A DNA stretch of 63,531 nucleotides, the filler included. It is 5 parts of 5 records of this genome, joined end to end, with 100 filler letters (N's around TTAATTAATTAA, not from the genome) between each part and the next. Parts side by side here need not be neighbours in the genome. Positions count along the whole stretch, not along the records: positions 7,928 to 22,132 come from DRR723986_6419; 4 more parts are not named here. The stretch is one strand, 5' to 3'. The notes under the pieces were generated by a model. The model worked only from the letters and a program-made list of their open reading frames with translations. It did not search any database and had not been told where the DNA came from. Both the position numbers and the translations under genes were made by a program. Of this stretch, positions 12,032 through 22,132 are shown in pieces; the stretch's first letter is position 1, and the number at the start of each line of letters is the position of its first letter.

Positions 12032-12490
12032 TTTGATCCTCCAAAACGGGACAGAGTCCCCAATTTCCCGCTGCGCCTTCCTGCGCACAGAGGCCAGATC
12101 CCAAGCAGCAGCGTGGGCCAGCCCTACACTGCACTTGATATGTTGCGCAATAAATTATGCAAATTGCGCTTGATTTTTGGCGATACCCTTTGACTGATAT
12201 CGTGGGTGATTGAAGAAACCACGCTGTATTTACAGGGTAATTTGCAAAATTATCACCCAATCAACTCGAATAACGAGATGTGCACCACTCAATATAATGC
12301 GCAAAATATGATCATCATTGAAAGCAAATTACCTTGAGATCCCCCTACTAAACAGCGAATCAAAACCCGCTCGCCACCACACACAAAGGGTTGAAACCTG
12401 AAAGGCGGGCCACCCAGAGTGCAAAACGGCACCTACTGGCCCTGCCAAGACACCGCGACACCCCACCTGAACAGGCAGCAGGTGCGTCCG

Positions 12491-13414
12491 TTAGGCGACG
12501 CTGTGTGCGCGCACGAACATTTCACGCAACACGCGGGTAATTCGGTTTGGTTCGGGTCGCTTGCGGGTGATGATTGCGAACTGAGTCCGATAATGCAGTT
12601 TGTCCGCCTTCACCGCCCGCATCAAACGGCGATCCAGAAAGGTTTGGGCCAAATGGTCCGGCAAGAACCCAATATAGCGCCCGGACATGATCAGAATGGC
12701 AAGCGCTTGTTCCGATTGTACCGTCGCTTCGCGCCTTAGCTTTAAGCGTTGCCCAATCAATAGGTTGGGGGAATTCACAATGATCCCCGCGTAGTTGCTG
12801 TGGCGGACCTCTTCCATTGAGATTTTGGACTGATCGACGCCAAAAAACGGGTGTCCGATCCCGCAGTACATATACATGTGTTCCCCATAGATCGGGATAT
12901 AGTCCAGGCTTTCAGACGTGCGGTTCAGCGGAATGATCCCCAGATCCAGCTGCCCTTCGATCACCTGGCTTTCAATCACGTTTGGGGGTTCCAGCGACAG
13001 TTCGACCTGAACCGCTGGCGCGAGATCCTTAAACCGCCCGATTGCGCGGGCCAGATGCGATTCCGGGTTTGAGGCACATTGATCAAACAACGCCACCCGA
13101 ACCGTGCCCGCCAGGTTTTCTTTGATCTCGTTCACTTCAACCCGAAACCGAGACACCGCATCGAGCAAATCCTCGGTCGAGCGGAGGACCTGCGCCCCAT
13201 CTTCGGTCAGCGAGAACCCCGCCGGGCCGCGATTGCAAAGCTTCAGCTCCAATCGGGTTTCAAGGTCCGAGATATGTTTGGAAATCGTTGATCGGCCAAT
13301 GTTTAATTCGGTTTCCGCAGCAGACAGACCGCCACTTTCAACTACGATCTTGAAAATCCTCAATAATCTTAAATCTGCGTCGGCAATACGGGTAACAAGA
13401 GATTTCTTAGACAT
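12491..13414 (-). CDS. LysR-family regulator (BauR-like group)
   Basis: HTH DLRLLRIF..VVESGGLSAAETELNIGRSTIS..LCNRGPAGFSLTEDG; start MSKKSL chosen. Confidence 0.93.
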   Translation of the reverse strand: MSKKSLVTRIADADLRLLRIFKIVVESGGLSAAETELNIGRSTISKHISDLETRLELKLCNRGPAGFSLTEDGAQVLRSTEDLLDAVSRFRVEVNEIKENLAGTVRVALFDQCASNPESHLARAIGRFKDLAPAVQVELSLEPPNVIESQVIEGQLDLGIIPLNRTSESLDYIPIYGEHMYMYCGIGHPFFGVDQSKISMEEVRHSNYAGIIVNSPNLLIGQRLKLRREATVQSEQALAILIMSGRYIGFLPDHLAQTFLDRRLMRAVKADKLHYRTQFAIITRKRPEPNRITRVLREMFVRAHSVA

Positions 13415-13432
13415 AAAGGTTCGCCAATCATC

Positions 13433-13453
13433 AAACTTTGCGCGAATAAGTTT
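13433..13453. promoter_or_regulatory. Putative LysR binding site
   Basis: AAACTT-N9-AAGTTT inverted repeat containing T-N11-A, between divergent lysR and dctP. Confidence 0.6.
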
Positions 13454-13569
13454 GTATCTGAGAAACATGTCGTTGACCATATCACATCTGATACCGAGGC
13501 AGAATCGGACTGACCATCTCTCCCCGTGTCAGCGCGCACCTCGTTCATCAGACAAATGGGAGGACCTCC

Positions 13570-14577
13570 ATGTCATTTTTCAAGAAGCTCAGCACCCTGA
13601 CTGCAGCCGTTTCCGTCGCAGCAATCATGGCTGCAGGCGCAGCCGATGCGAAGAACTTCAAGATCGCAGTTGGTGACGGCGCCGGCGGCACACAAGAAGC
13701 TCTGGGTAAAGCGTTCATCGCCGAACTGGAAAAAAACACCGACCACACCGCGTCGCTGTTCCTGAACGGTCAGCTGGGTTCCGAGCAGGACACCGTTAAC
13801 GAAGCGGCCATCGGCACGCTGGATTTCTCGATCCTGGCGATCAACAACGTGACACCGTTTTCGCCAACCGTTGGCACGCTGACACTGCCTTACATGATCC
13901 TGAGCCTGGAAGACGCGGAAACGCTGACACAGGGTCCGATCGGTAAAGAGCTGGTCGAAAACACACTGCGTGATTCCGGTGTACGCATCATCGGCTGGGC
14001 TTACTCGGGTTTCCGCGTTCTGACCAACTCTAAGCACCCTGTTACGTCGGTTGCGGACCTGAAAGATCTGGTCATCCGTACACCTAAGAACGCAATCATG
14101 ATCGCGACGTACCAGTCATGGGGCGTAAACCCGACACCAATGGCGTGGTCGGAAACTTTTGCGGGTCTGCAGACCAAAGTTGTTGATGCACAGGACAACC
14201 CTTACATCACCAACTACGCAATGAAGTTCGACGAAGTTCAGTCTTACATCACCAACCTGCGTTACCTCTTCTCGATCGAGCCACTGATCGTATCCGAAGC
14301 CGTATTCTCGGGCATGTCTGCTGACGACCAAGCTGCTGTTCTGGCCGCTGGTGAAGCTGCAACTGCGTTCTCCGCTCAGTATCTGCGCGATCAGGAATCG
14401 ACCATCAAAGCCACTCTGCAAGAGCGCGGCATGGAAATTGTTGATCCTGAGAACAACGAAGAAGAGTTCATCTCTCTCGCAACCGAAGCTGTATGGCCTC
14501 AGTTCTACGAGTCGGTTGGCGGCATCGAAAAAGTCAACGCTGCTCTGGCGGCTATCGGTCGCGACCCGGTTAAGTAA
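13570..14577 (+). CDS. TRAP substrate-binding protein (DctP), probable taurine-type TauK
   Basis: Signal peptide, NGQLGSE, GFRVLTNS, IRTP, PMAWSE..GLQTKVVDAQDNP; substrate inferred only from tauXY-like neighbours. Confidence 0.9.
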   Translation: MSFFKKLSTLTAAVSVAAIMAAGAADAKNFKIAVGDGAGGTQEALGKAFIAELEKNTDHTASLFLNGQLGSEQDTVNEAAIGTLDFSILAINNVTPFSPTVGTLTLPYMILSLEDAETLTQGPIGKELVENTLRDSGVRIIGWAYSGFRVLTNSKHPVTSVADLKDLVIRTPKNAIMIATYQSWGVNPTPMAWSETFAGLQTKVVDAQDNPYITNYAMKFDEVQSYITNLRYLFSIEPLIVSEAVFSGMSADDQAAVLAAGEAATAFSAQYLRDQESTIKATLQERGMEIVDPENNEEEFISLATEAVWPQFYESVGGIEKVNAALAAIGRDPVK

Positions 14578-14592
14578 ATCGCCAAAAAAACT

Positions 14593-14618
14593 CGGAGAAG
14601 CGCCCAAGCGCTTCTCCG
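14593..14618 (+). other. Intercistronic stem-loop after dctP
   Basis: CGGAGAAGCGC-ccaa-GCGCTTCTCCG perfect 11-bp stem. Confidence 0.7.
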
Positions 14619-14640
14619 TTCTGGGAGGAGGGAATAAGAA

Positions 14641-15174
14641 ATGTTCTGGAAATTTCTGGACAATATCGAGAGCGTGATCTGCCGGGTCTTGCTGTCAGGC
14701 TTTGTCATTTTACTATTTGTTCAAATCGTCTCACGCGAGGCGTTCGGACACTCATTTTCATGGATCGAAGAGCTATCGGTCTACATGTTCGTCTGGTTCG
14801 TGTTCTTTGGCGCCAGCTATGCCGCCAAGATGAGCGCGCACAACCGTGTGACGTTCCAATTTAAATTCTTGCCGGATCGCTACATCAAGTACATCGAAGC
14901 GTTTGCAGATCTGTTCTGGATCTTTTTCAACGTTTACTTCCTCTACCTGTCTTATGATTTCGTCTTCAACAAGATGAACAAATTCTGGAAATCCCAGACT
15001 TTGGGCATTGAGATGAAATACATCTACATGGTGCTCCCCATCGCGTTCGCGCTGATGACCATCCGCATCCTGCAGGTGAATTACCGCAAACTGATCAAAG
15101 GCGAAGAGATCGCCGATCCCGACCAGATCGACCTGGACGAGATCAAAGCGGCGACCGACGCCAACAAATCCTGA
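14641..15174 (+). CDS. TRAP small permease (DctQ), TauL-like
   Basis: SWIEELSVYMFVWFVFFGAS motif; operon position. Confidence 0.92.
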   Translation: MFWKFLDNIESVICRVLLSGFVILLFVQIVSREAFGHSFSWIEELSVYMFVWFVFFGASYAAKMSAHNRVTFQFKFLPDRYIKYIEAFADLFWIFFNVYFLYLSYDFVFNKMNKFWKSQTLGIEMKYIYMVLPIAFALMTIRILQVNYRKLIKGEEIADPDQIDLDEIKAATDANKS

Positions 15175-15205
15175 TCAGCGCGATAGAATTCAAAGGTAGA
15201 ACACT

Positions 15206-16546
15206 ATGGAAACCGAAATCGTAAGCATCCTGTTTGGATCCTTTCTTATCCTTCTTCTTATTGGCGCGCCGATCACGGTGGCGCTGGGGGTCTCCTCCCT
15301 CATCTCGTTCCTATATTTGGGCGACAACCCTATCAAATTCGTGCAGATCGCCTTTACCTCGGTCGGGTCTTTCCCGCTGATGGCTCTGCCCGCCTTTATC
15401 CTTGCCGGTGCCTTGATGGAGGCCGCCGGTATCTCGAAACGCCTGATCAACGTGGCTGAAAGCCTTGCCGGACCGTTCACCGGTGGTATTTCTGCGGCGA
15501 CCGTCATGGCTTGTCTGTTCTTTGGCGCTATTTCGGGCTCTGGCCCGGCAACAACCGCGGCCGTGGGGATGCTGATGATCCCTGCTATGATCGACCGCGG
15601 CTATGAGCGCGGCTATGCCTCGGCGATCACTGCTTCCTCCGGTGGTCTCGGCATCATCATTCCTCCCTCTATCCCAATGGTGATTTTCGGCATTGCCGCG
15701 CTCGGCATGGCCCCGCCCCCTGAAGCGGTCGAAAAATTCGGCACCTTCTCGTCGGTTTCCATCTCTAAGCTGTTCATCGCTGGTTTTGTTCCTGCGTTCC
15801 TGATCGCAACCAGCCTTTTGATCCTGAACTACTTCATGTCCAAAAAGCGCGGTTACAAAGGTGTATCCGAAGGTTGGTCTGCAAAGAACATCGGGTGCGA
15901 AATGTACCGTGGGTTCTGGTCGCTGATGGCACCACTGGTGATCCTGGGTGGTATCTATTCCGGGTTCTTCACACCAACCGAGGCTGCAATCGTTGCGATT
16001 TTCTACACTCTGTTCGTTGGTGCGGTGATCTATCGTGAATTGACTTGGGCTTCGTTGTTCCAGTCGCTGGAAGCCACCACATGGCTTACTGGTCGGGTTC
16101 TGCTGATCCTATTCACTGCGACCGTGTTTGGCCGCCTGTTGGTGGAAAATCAGATCCCTGCTTTGATCGCGGAAAGCATGCTCAGCTTTACTGAGAACCT
16201 CTATGTTATCTGGGCACTGATCATCTTCTTCCTGCTCTTCGTGGGCATGTTCATGGAGACTCTCGCAACCATCCTGATCTTGGTGCCTGTGATGCTGCCA
16301 GTGGCCTATTCGGTCGGTATCGATCCAATCCACTTTGGTGTGGTGATGGTGTGTACCCTGGGTATTGGCTTCCAAACTCCGCCACTGGGTGAAAACCTGT
16401 TCATCGCCTCGGGGATTTCGAACATTACGATCGAAGAAATCTCAGTTCGGGCTCTGCCCTTTGCCGCTGTGAACACGATTGCGATCTTTGTCATCGCGTT
16501 CTTCCCGGAACTGTCCCTGTGGCTACCCCGTGTCTTCGGCTATTGA
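15206..16546 (+). CDS. TRAP large permease (DctM), TauM-like
   Basis: ALPAFILAG, ISGSGPAT, IIIPPSIPM, TPTEAA, DPIHFG, TPPLG. Confidence 0.95.
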   Translation: METEIVSILFGSFLILLLIGAPITVALGVSSLISFLYLGDNPIKFVQIAFTSVGSFPLMALPAFILAGALMEAAGISKRLINVAESLAGPFTGGISAATVMACLFFGAISGSGPATTAAVGMLMIPAMIDRGYERGYASAITASSGGLGIIIPPSIPMVIFGIAALGMAPPPEAVEKFGTFSSVSISKLFIAGFVPAFLIATSLLILNYFMSKKRGYKGVSEGWSAKNIGCEMYRGFWSLMAPLVILGGIYSGFFTPTEAAIVAIFYTLFVGAVIYRELTWASLFQSLEATTWLTGRVLLILFTATVFGRLLVENQIPALIAESMLSFTENLYVIWALIIFFLLFVGMFMETLATILILVPVMLPVAYSVGIDPIHFGVVMVCTLGIGFQTPPLGENLFIASGISNITIEEISVRALPFAAVNTIAIFVIAFFPELSLWLPRVFGY

Positions 16547-16563
16547 TCTGAAAGGATAAAATC

Positions 16564-17061
16564 ATGGAACCAATGATCACAAATATCCTGTTCGCTACGG
16601 ATCTTTCTCACAACTCGACCTACGCCTTGCGCCATGCTGCAAGCTTGGCGCAGGCCACCGGAGCACAAATTCACGTGCTTCACGTCAACGAACCGATCTC
16701 GGACGACGCCAAAATCACGATGGAAATGTTCATCCTCAACGAGGAAACGCGCAAGACCGCTCGTGAGCGCCGCCATGAAATGGTCCGTCAGCTGCTCGCG
16801 CAGCGGCAGGCCAACTTCTGGGCCAAGTTCGAAGGCGACGATGCCAAAATCCGTGATCAGGTGAGCTCAATCGAGGTCACCGACGGTCATCCGGCAGAAG
16901 TCATCCTGCGCCGCTCGCAAGAGCTCGGCTGTGATCTTGTTGTACTGGGAGCCCATGATCATGGGTTCTCGCACACCTTTTTGGGCACCGTAGCCAAACG
17001 TGTTCTACGGCGCTCGACTATCCCAACACTCATCGTTCCGCATCCAACGGACGCAGAGTGA
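16564..17061 (+). CDS. Universal stress protein (TRAP-associated)
   Basis: ILFATDLS, GHPAEVIL, DLVVLGAH..FLGTVAKRVLR. Confidence 0.93.
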   Translation: MEPMITNILFATDLSHNSTYALRHAASLAQATGAQIHVLHVNEPISDDAKITMEMFILNEETRKTARERRHEMVRQLLAQRQANFWAKFEGDDAKIRDQVSSIEVTDGHPAEVILRRSQELGCDLVVLGAHDHGFSHTFLGTVAKRVLRRSTIPTLIVPHPTDAE

Positions 17062-17091
17062 CATCTCTCTTTTTATCTAAGGAAAACTGAA

Positions 17092-17478
17092 ATGACTAAA
17101 ACCCTGACCGCACAGGATCTTGCTGATACGTTTGACGCCTTTAACCGTCACGACATTGATGCAGTGATGACCCACTTTGCGGATGACTGCGTGTTTTACA
17201 CCGTGGGTGGTGACGAGAAGTTCGGCAACAAGATCGAGGGCAAAGCAGCCATCGCAGCCGCGTTTTCGGCTGTCTGGGGCGGCATGAAAGACGCGCACTG
17301 GGATCATCATAGCCACTTCGTACACGGTGATCGTGCCGTGTCCGAATGGACCTTCTCAGGCACCGATGCCAATGGCATGCGCGTCGAAGCCGAAGGCGCC
17401 GACCTGTTCACCGTTCGTGACGGCCAGCTGGTCGTGAAACAAGCGCTGCGGAAATCCCGCCCTGCGTTCAAAGCCTGA
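17092..17478 (+). CDS. tauX: SnoaL/NTF2-like protein, probable taurine dehydrogenase small subunit
   Basis: AFNRHDIDAVM.HFADDCVF, SEWTFSGT, GADLFT; directly upstream of tauY-like gene. Confidence 0.72.
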   Translation: MTKTLTAQDLADTFDAFNRHDIDAVMTHFADDCVFYTVGGDEKFGNKIEGKAAIAAAFSAVWGGMKDAHWDHHSHFVHGDRAVSEWTFSGTDANGMRVEAEGADLFTVRDGQLVVKQALRKSRPAFKA

Positions 17479-17509
17479 CCAGCACCTGGCGATTAAGGAG
17501 GAATAAGCA

Positions 17510-18913
17510 ATGGTGGACAACAGCATCCCACGGCACTGGCCCCGTACCAGCTATGACCCGAAATACGATCCGGTTGTAGATGCGGGCCCGGGTCATAACC
17601 GGGATCATGCACCGACATACTGGATCGGAACTGCCGGTGACGTACCGCAGGACGATGGCCCTGTTTCCGGTGATATGGAAGCAGACGTTGTTGTCATCGG
17701 TTCGGGTTATACCGGGCTGTCCACCGCCATCCACCTCGCCAAAGAGCACGGCATCAAGGCTGTCGTGCTCGAAGCCAATACCGTGGCCTGGGGCTGCTCT
17801 ACCCGCAATGGCGGGCAGGCCCAGATCTCGTCTGGGCGCCTCAAGCGGTCGCAGTGGATCAAGCGTTGGGGCGTGGATGTTGCCAAAGGCATGCATCGCG
17901 AAGTCTCAGAAGCGTTTGAACTGTTTGAAGATCTGATCGCGCAGGATGAGATCGATTGTGATCCGCAGCCGGGCGGCCACTATTATATCGCCCACCGTGA
18001 AAAAGTGATGGCGGGTCTGCAAAAAGAAAGCGACCTGCTGAACAGCACCTTTGGGTACAAATCGCGCATTCTATCGCGCGACGAGCTGCACGCAGATCAC
18101 GTGAAAGACCAAGAAGCCCAAGGCGCCATGTGGGAGCCCGATGGCACCTGTATTCACGCAGGTAAACTGGCGTTTGGCTATGTGAACATGGCCCGTCGGT
18201 TGGGTGCAAAAATCCACACCGGTAGCCCGGTGATGGGATGGGAAACCGTCAATGGCGTGCATCATCTGCGCACGCCAGGTGGCATCGTCAAAGCCAAGTC
18301 TGTTGCTCTGGCGACGGCAGGTTACACAGCACCCGGTCTGAACAAAAAAACCAAGCACCGTTTGATGCCCATTCTGTCAAACTCGCTGGTGACGCGCCCG
18401 CTCACCGACGGCGAGCTGGCGGATTGTGGTATTCAAACCAAATCCCCGCTGACCGACACACGGACGCTGCGCCATTACTATCGTCTGCTGCCCGACAACC
18501 GGATGCAGATCGGTAGCCGCTCTGCGGTGACCGGCCGCGACGCGGAAAACGGCAAGCATCTGGAACTGTTGAAAAAGGGTTTGGCCCGCAAGTTCCCGGC
18601 TCTGACCGACATCAACCTGGACTATTCCTGGTGGGGATGGGTGGACGTTAGCCACGACATGATGCCCCGCATTTTCCAGCCAAACCCGAATGAGCGAATT
18701 TTCTACGCGATGGGATATGGCGGCAACGGTGTGATGTATTCGGCGCAAGCCGGACGTCGCATGGCCCAGCTGGTTGCAGGCAAAAAAGACAAAGCCTTTG
18801 ACTTGCCGATCTTTACCTCGCCCCTGCCAAGCCATGGCCCGCTGACGCCATTCCGGCGAATGGGTCAACGCATGGCCTATGTGTGGTACTATCTGCAAGA
18901 CGAAGTGATCTGA
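17510..18913 (+). CDS. tauY: FAD-dependent (DAO family) oxidoreductase, probable taurine dehydrogenase large subunit
   Basis: IGSGYTG, GCSTRNGG, GYGGNGV; N-terminal YDPKYDP..PGHNRDHAPTYW segment as I recall from TauY. Confidence 0.78.
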   Translation: MVDNSIPRHWPRTSYDPKYDPVVDAGPGHNRDHAPTYWIGTAGDVPQDDGPVSGDMEADVVVIGSGYTGLSTAIHLAKEHGIKAVVLEANTVAWGCSTRNGGQAQISSGRLKRSQWIKRWGVDVAKGMHREVSEAFELFEDLIAQDEIDCDPQPGGHYYIAHREKVMAGLQKESDLLNSTFGYKSRILSRDELHADHVKDQEAQGAMWEPDGTCIHAGKLAFGYVNMARRLGAKIHTGSPVMGWETVNGVHHLRTPGGIVKAKSVALATAGYTAPGLNKKTKHRLMPILSNSLVTRPLTDGELADCGIQTKSPLTDTRTLRHYYRLLPDNRMQIGSRSAVTGRDAENGKHLELLKKGLARKFPALTDINLDYSWWGWVDVSHDMMPRIFQPNPNERIFYAMGYGGNGVMYSAQAGRRMAQLVAGKKDKAFDLPIFTSPLPSHGPLTPFRRMGQRMAYVWYYLQDEVI

Positions 18914-18921
18914 TCAGACAT

Positions 18922-18950
18922 AAGGCCCCCACCTCTGTTGGGGGCCTTTT
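18922..18950 (+). terminator. Intrinsic terminator after tauY
   Basis: AAGGCCCCCA-loop-TGGGGGCCTT followed by T run. Confidence 0.75.
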
Positions 18951-18968
18951 CATTCAAGGACCAACCAC

Positions 18969-19331
18969 ATGACCAAAGTCATCTCTCTTTTTGACGAACC
19001 CGCAGCGCGCAGCGAGCGCCGTTTGGCAGATCTTCCAGATCGTGTTGTCGACGGCGATCCGCACCATAAGGTGGGCATGCATTTCACCAGCCCTGACGGC
19101 AAACTGTCGGCTGGCACATGGACGTCGACCCCCGGCAAATGGCACGCGTTCACCGACAAAGACGAATACTGCTTTATCGTCTCTGGCCACTGCGCGCTGA
19201 TCCACGAAGATGGCACTCGCCAAGATTTCAAAACCGGCGACAGCTTTTTGATCCCCGATGGGTTTCGCGGGTTCTGGGAAGTTGTGGAAACCACAACCAA
19301 GCATTTCGTCATTCGCGACACAGCTGAGTGA
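18969..19331 (+). CDS. Cupin (DUF861/Cupin_3-like)
   Basis: GTWTSTPGKW, EYCFIVSG, GDSFLIPDGFRGFWEV..KHFV. Confidence 0.88.
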   Translation: MTKVISLFDEPAARSERRLADLPDRVVDGDPHHKVGMHFTSPDGKLSAGTWTSTPGKWHAFTDKDEYCFIVSGHCALIHEDGTRQDFKTGDSFLIPDGFRGFWEVVETTTKHFVIRDTAE

Positions 19332-19597
19332 TGCGTTCAGGGCGCAGATTTGCGCCCTGACCCAAATATGGCGCAGTGCCAACTTGCAATATTGGCGCGA
19401 CCGCATATATCTCTGTCCATCAATGGAGATTTTATGCCCTGTTAAGGTGGGGAGGCATCGCGTCCTCCCAATGCAAATCAGAACGAAGAGAAACCTTTGC
19501 TGCTGCGGCGCAACGGATTGATGATTTGCAGCTTCAGATATTCTGACACTCTGCGTCTTGGACCCTGTCCAAGACCGAAACAGGAAAGCCTGTACCT

Positions 19598-20674
19598 ATG
19601 ACACGTGATTATTCACGCTTTTTTCCGACTCTTTCAGACAATACCGCTTCTGACTCTCCCTCCGTTTTAGACACTCTTGGGTGGCAGCCCTTTTTCACGC
19701 AGCAAATCAGCAGTGAGGACATGGAGGATACGCCCCCTGTGCGGGTCACCAAGGTGCATCGCAGTGGCTTGCACGTTCAGGGGGCTGAGGGCGAATTTGT
19801 ACTGCCCCCCCGATCAGATGCCACGGTTGGGGACTGGATCATGTTGAACGACGCCCTGCCCAACAGCAGCCGCGTTCTAGAGCGCAAGAGTCTGTATCAA
19901 CGGCGCGCGCCGGGCACGGAACAGCAGATGCAGCTGATTGCGGCAAACATCGACACCGCCTTTATCGTCACCTCGTGCAATCAGGATTTCAACGTTGCGC
20001 GATTGGAACGTTATATCGCGCTGGCGTTAGAGGCCGAGGTCACACCCGTTATCGTGTTAACCAAAGCCGACTTGAGTGATGAGGCCGACCACTATGTTGA
20101 AACCGCCGAGACGATCTCAGACCGGGTCGCGGTTGTGGTGCTGGATGCGCGAGGGGATGAACCCGGAGCCAAGCTGGCCCCGTGGTGTAAGCCCAGACAA
20201 ACACTGGCGTTTCTCGGTTCTTCTGGGGTGGGAAAATCAACGCTGGTGAATACCTTGGCGGGCACGGATGTCACCACCCAAGGTATCCGCGAAGACGACA
20301 GCAAAGGGCGCCACACCACCACGCACCGGCAGCTGCATCTGCTCAAAAACGGCTGCACCGTGCTGGATACCCCCGGCATGCGCGAGCTGCAGATCACCGG
20401 GGCAACATCGGGCGTGTCCGAACTGTTTGAGGATCTCACCGAGCTGGCCACCCAATGCAAGTTTTCCGACTGCCAGCACCAAAGCGAACCCGGGTGTCGT
20501 GTACAGGCGGCCGTGGAAAGCGGAGAGATCGACGCATCACGACTGCAGCGGTGGAGCAAACTTGTGGCAGAGGATCGGTTTCATTCCGCAAGCCTGCAGG
20601 AACGTAAATCCAAAGAAAAGTCTTTGGGGAAACTGGTTCGAGCAGCGCAAAAACGGAAACGAAAGCGGAAATAA
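19598..20674 (+). CDS. rsgA: Ribosome small subunit-dependent GTPase A
   Basis: ANID, TKAD, GSSGVGKS, GRHTTT, DTPG, CKFSDCQHQSEPGC. Confidence 0.95.
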   Translation: MTRDYSRFFPTLSDNTASDSPSVLDTLGWQPFFTQQISSEDMEDTPPVRVTKVHRSGLHVQGAEGEFVLPPRSDATVGDWIMLNDALPNSSRVLERKSLYQRRAPGTEQQMQLIAANIDTAFIVTSCNQDFNVARLERYIALALEAEVTPVIVLTKADLSDEADHYVETAETISDRVAVVVLDARGDEPGAKLAPWCKPRQTLAFLGSSGVGKSTLVNTLAGTDVTTQGIREDDSKGRHTTTHRQLHLLKNGCTVLDTPGMRELQITGATSGVSELFEDLTELATQCKFSDCQHQSEPGCRVQAAVESGEIDASRLQRWSKLVAEDRFHSASLQERKSKEKSLGKLVRAAQKRKRKRK

Positions 20675-20696
20675 CCCATCTGTCGTTTAGAACTCT

Positions 20697-20729
20697 GCCA
20701 AGGCCGCACCCATCGGGGGCGGCCTTGGC
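20697..20729. terminator. Hairpin between convergent rsgA and dnaE2
   Basis: GCCAAGGCCGC...GCGGCCTTGGC 11-bp stem. Confidence 0.6.
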
Positions 20730-20742
20730 CCCTGCCCGCCAA

Positions 20743-22131
20743 TTAGTGAAAATCGCGACTGGGAAACAGGCGCTTGGCTTGTTCACGCGGGTGGCGCGCG
20801 CTTGACCCCTTTTGCGGGGGACGCGGCACATCATCGGCCTGTGGCTGTGTCACCCCGATGGCGTCATCCAGCGGATGGCCCAGCTCTGACAACTTGTGCG
20901 ACATATCCTGAATATCCTGTGCGATCAGGTGCACCACGATCCCTTCGCGCTGCAGATAGCCGCGCACATACAAAAGTCGCCCGCCCATAACCACACGGCG
21001 GAACCGTTCATAGACTTTGGGCCAAACCACCACGTTGCTGACGCCTGTCTCATCCTCGAGCGTGAGAAAAATGATGCCCGATGCGGTGCCCGGACGTTGG
21101 CGGGTGATGACCAGCCCACACACCGCACATTGACCAAGCGGCACCTTGTTCAATCTATCATGCGCCGTGAGGCCCGGAATCGTCGGGCGCAACAGCTCCA
21201 TCGGATGGGCGCGCAGGGTAAAGCGTGTCGATACGTAATCCTCGACGATTTCTTCACCCAAGCTCATGACTGGCAGCGATATCTCAGGCTCGCGGATGCT
21301 TTCCCCATCAATCGGGTCATCAAATAAGGGCAACGGTTTCTGACTGCGGATGGCTTTGACCTGCCACAGCGCCGCGCGTCGGGTCAGGCCCATATCAGAA
21401 AACGCGTCCGCCTCGGCCAAGCGTTCCAAAACCGTGGGCATCAAGCCCGCGCGCAACCATAAGCTTTGGGGATCTGGATAGCCATTGCCGCGTGCCGCCA
21501 CGATCCACGCGGCGTTTTCTTCCTTGAACCCTTTGATTTGGCGAAACCCTAAACGCAGTGCCAGTGCGCCGTCTGGGCGACGTTCCAACGTGTTGTCCCA
21601 CGCGCTGCCATTGACGCAAATCGGGCGAATTTCGACCCCATGTTCGCGCACATCGCGCACAATTTGCGCCGGGGCATAAAACCCCATCGGCTGAGAGTTC
21701 AGCAACGCGCAGCCAAAGATCGCCGGATGATGGCATTTCAACCAAGCCGACACATAGGCGAGCATCGCAAAAGCCGCCGCATGGCTTTCAGGAAAGCCGT
21801 AGTCCGCGAACCCTTCGATCTGAGAAAAACAGCGCTCGGCAAAGGTGCGGTCATAATTTCTCTTGAGCATTCCTGACACAAATTTTTCCTGAAACACCCC
21901 AATCGTGCCCATCCGACGAAAGGTGGCCAAAGACCGGCGCAGGCGGTCCGCCTCTTCCGGAGAGAACCCTGCCCCGACCACGGCAATCTGCATCGCCTGT
22001 TCCTGAAACAACGGCACGCCAAGCGTTTTGCCCATGACCGCCTTTAACTCTGCCGAAGGGTAGCTGACCTGTTCCAACCCCTGACGCCGTTTGACATAGG
22101 GCTGCACCATGCCGCCCTGAATGGGGCCAGG
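20743..22131 (-). CDS. dnaE2: Error-prone DNA polymerase, C-terminal part (5' cut by contig end)
   Basis: PGPIQGGMV, LGVPLFQEQ, YGFPESHA, LLNSQPMGFY, RQRPGTA, LEDETG, C-terminal SRDFH. Confidence 0.97.
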   Translation of the reverse strand, partial: PGPIQGGMVQPYVKRRQGLEQVSYPSAELKAVMGKTLGVPLFQEQAMQIAVVGAGFSPEEADRLRRSLATFRRMGTIGVFQEKFVSGMLKRNYDRTFAERCFSQIEGFADYGFPESHAAAFAMLAYVSAWLKCHHPAIFGCALLNSQPMGFYAPAQIVRDVREHGVEIRPICVNGSAWDNTLERRPDGALALRLGFRQIKGFKEENAAWIVAARGNGYPDPQSLWLRAGLMPTVLERLAEADAFSDMGLTRRAALWQVKAIRSQKPLPLFDDPIDGESIREPEISLPVMSLGEEIVEDYVSTRFTLRAHPMELLRPTIPGLTAHDRLNKVPLGQCAVCGLVITRQRPGTASGIIFLTLEDETGVSNVVVWPKVYERFRRVVMGGRLLYVRGYLQREGIVVHLIAQDIQDMSHKLSELGHPLDDAIGVTQPQADDVPRPPQKGSSARHPREQAKRLFPSRDFH

Positions 22132-22132
22132 A

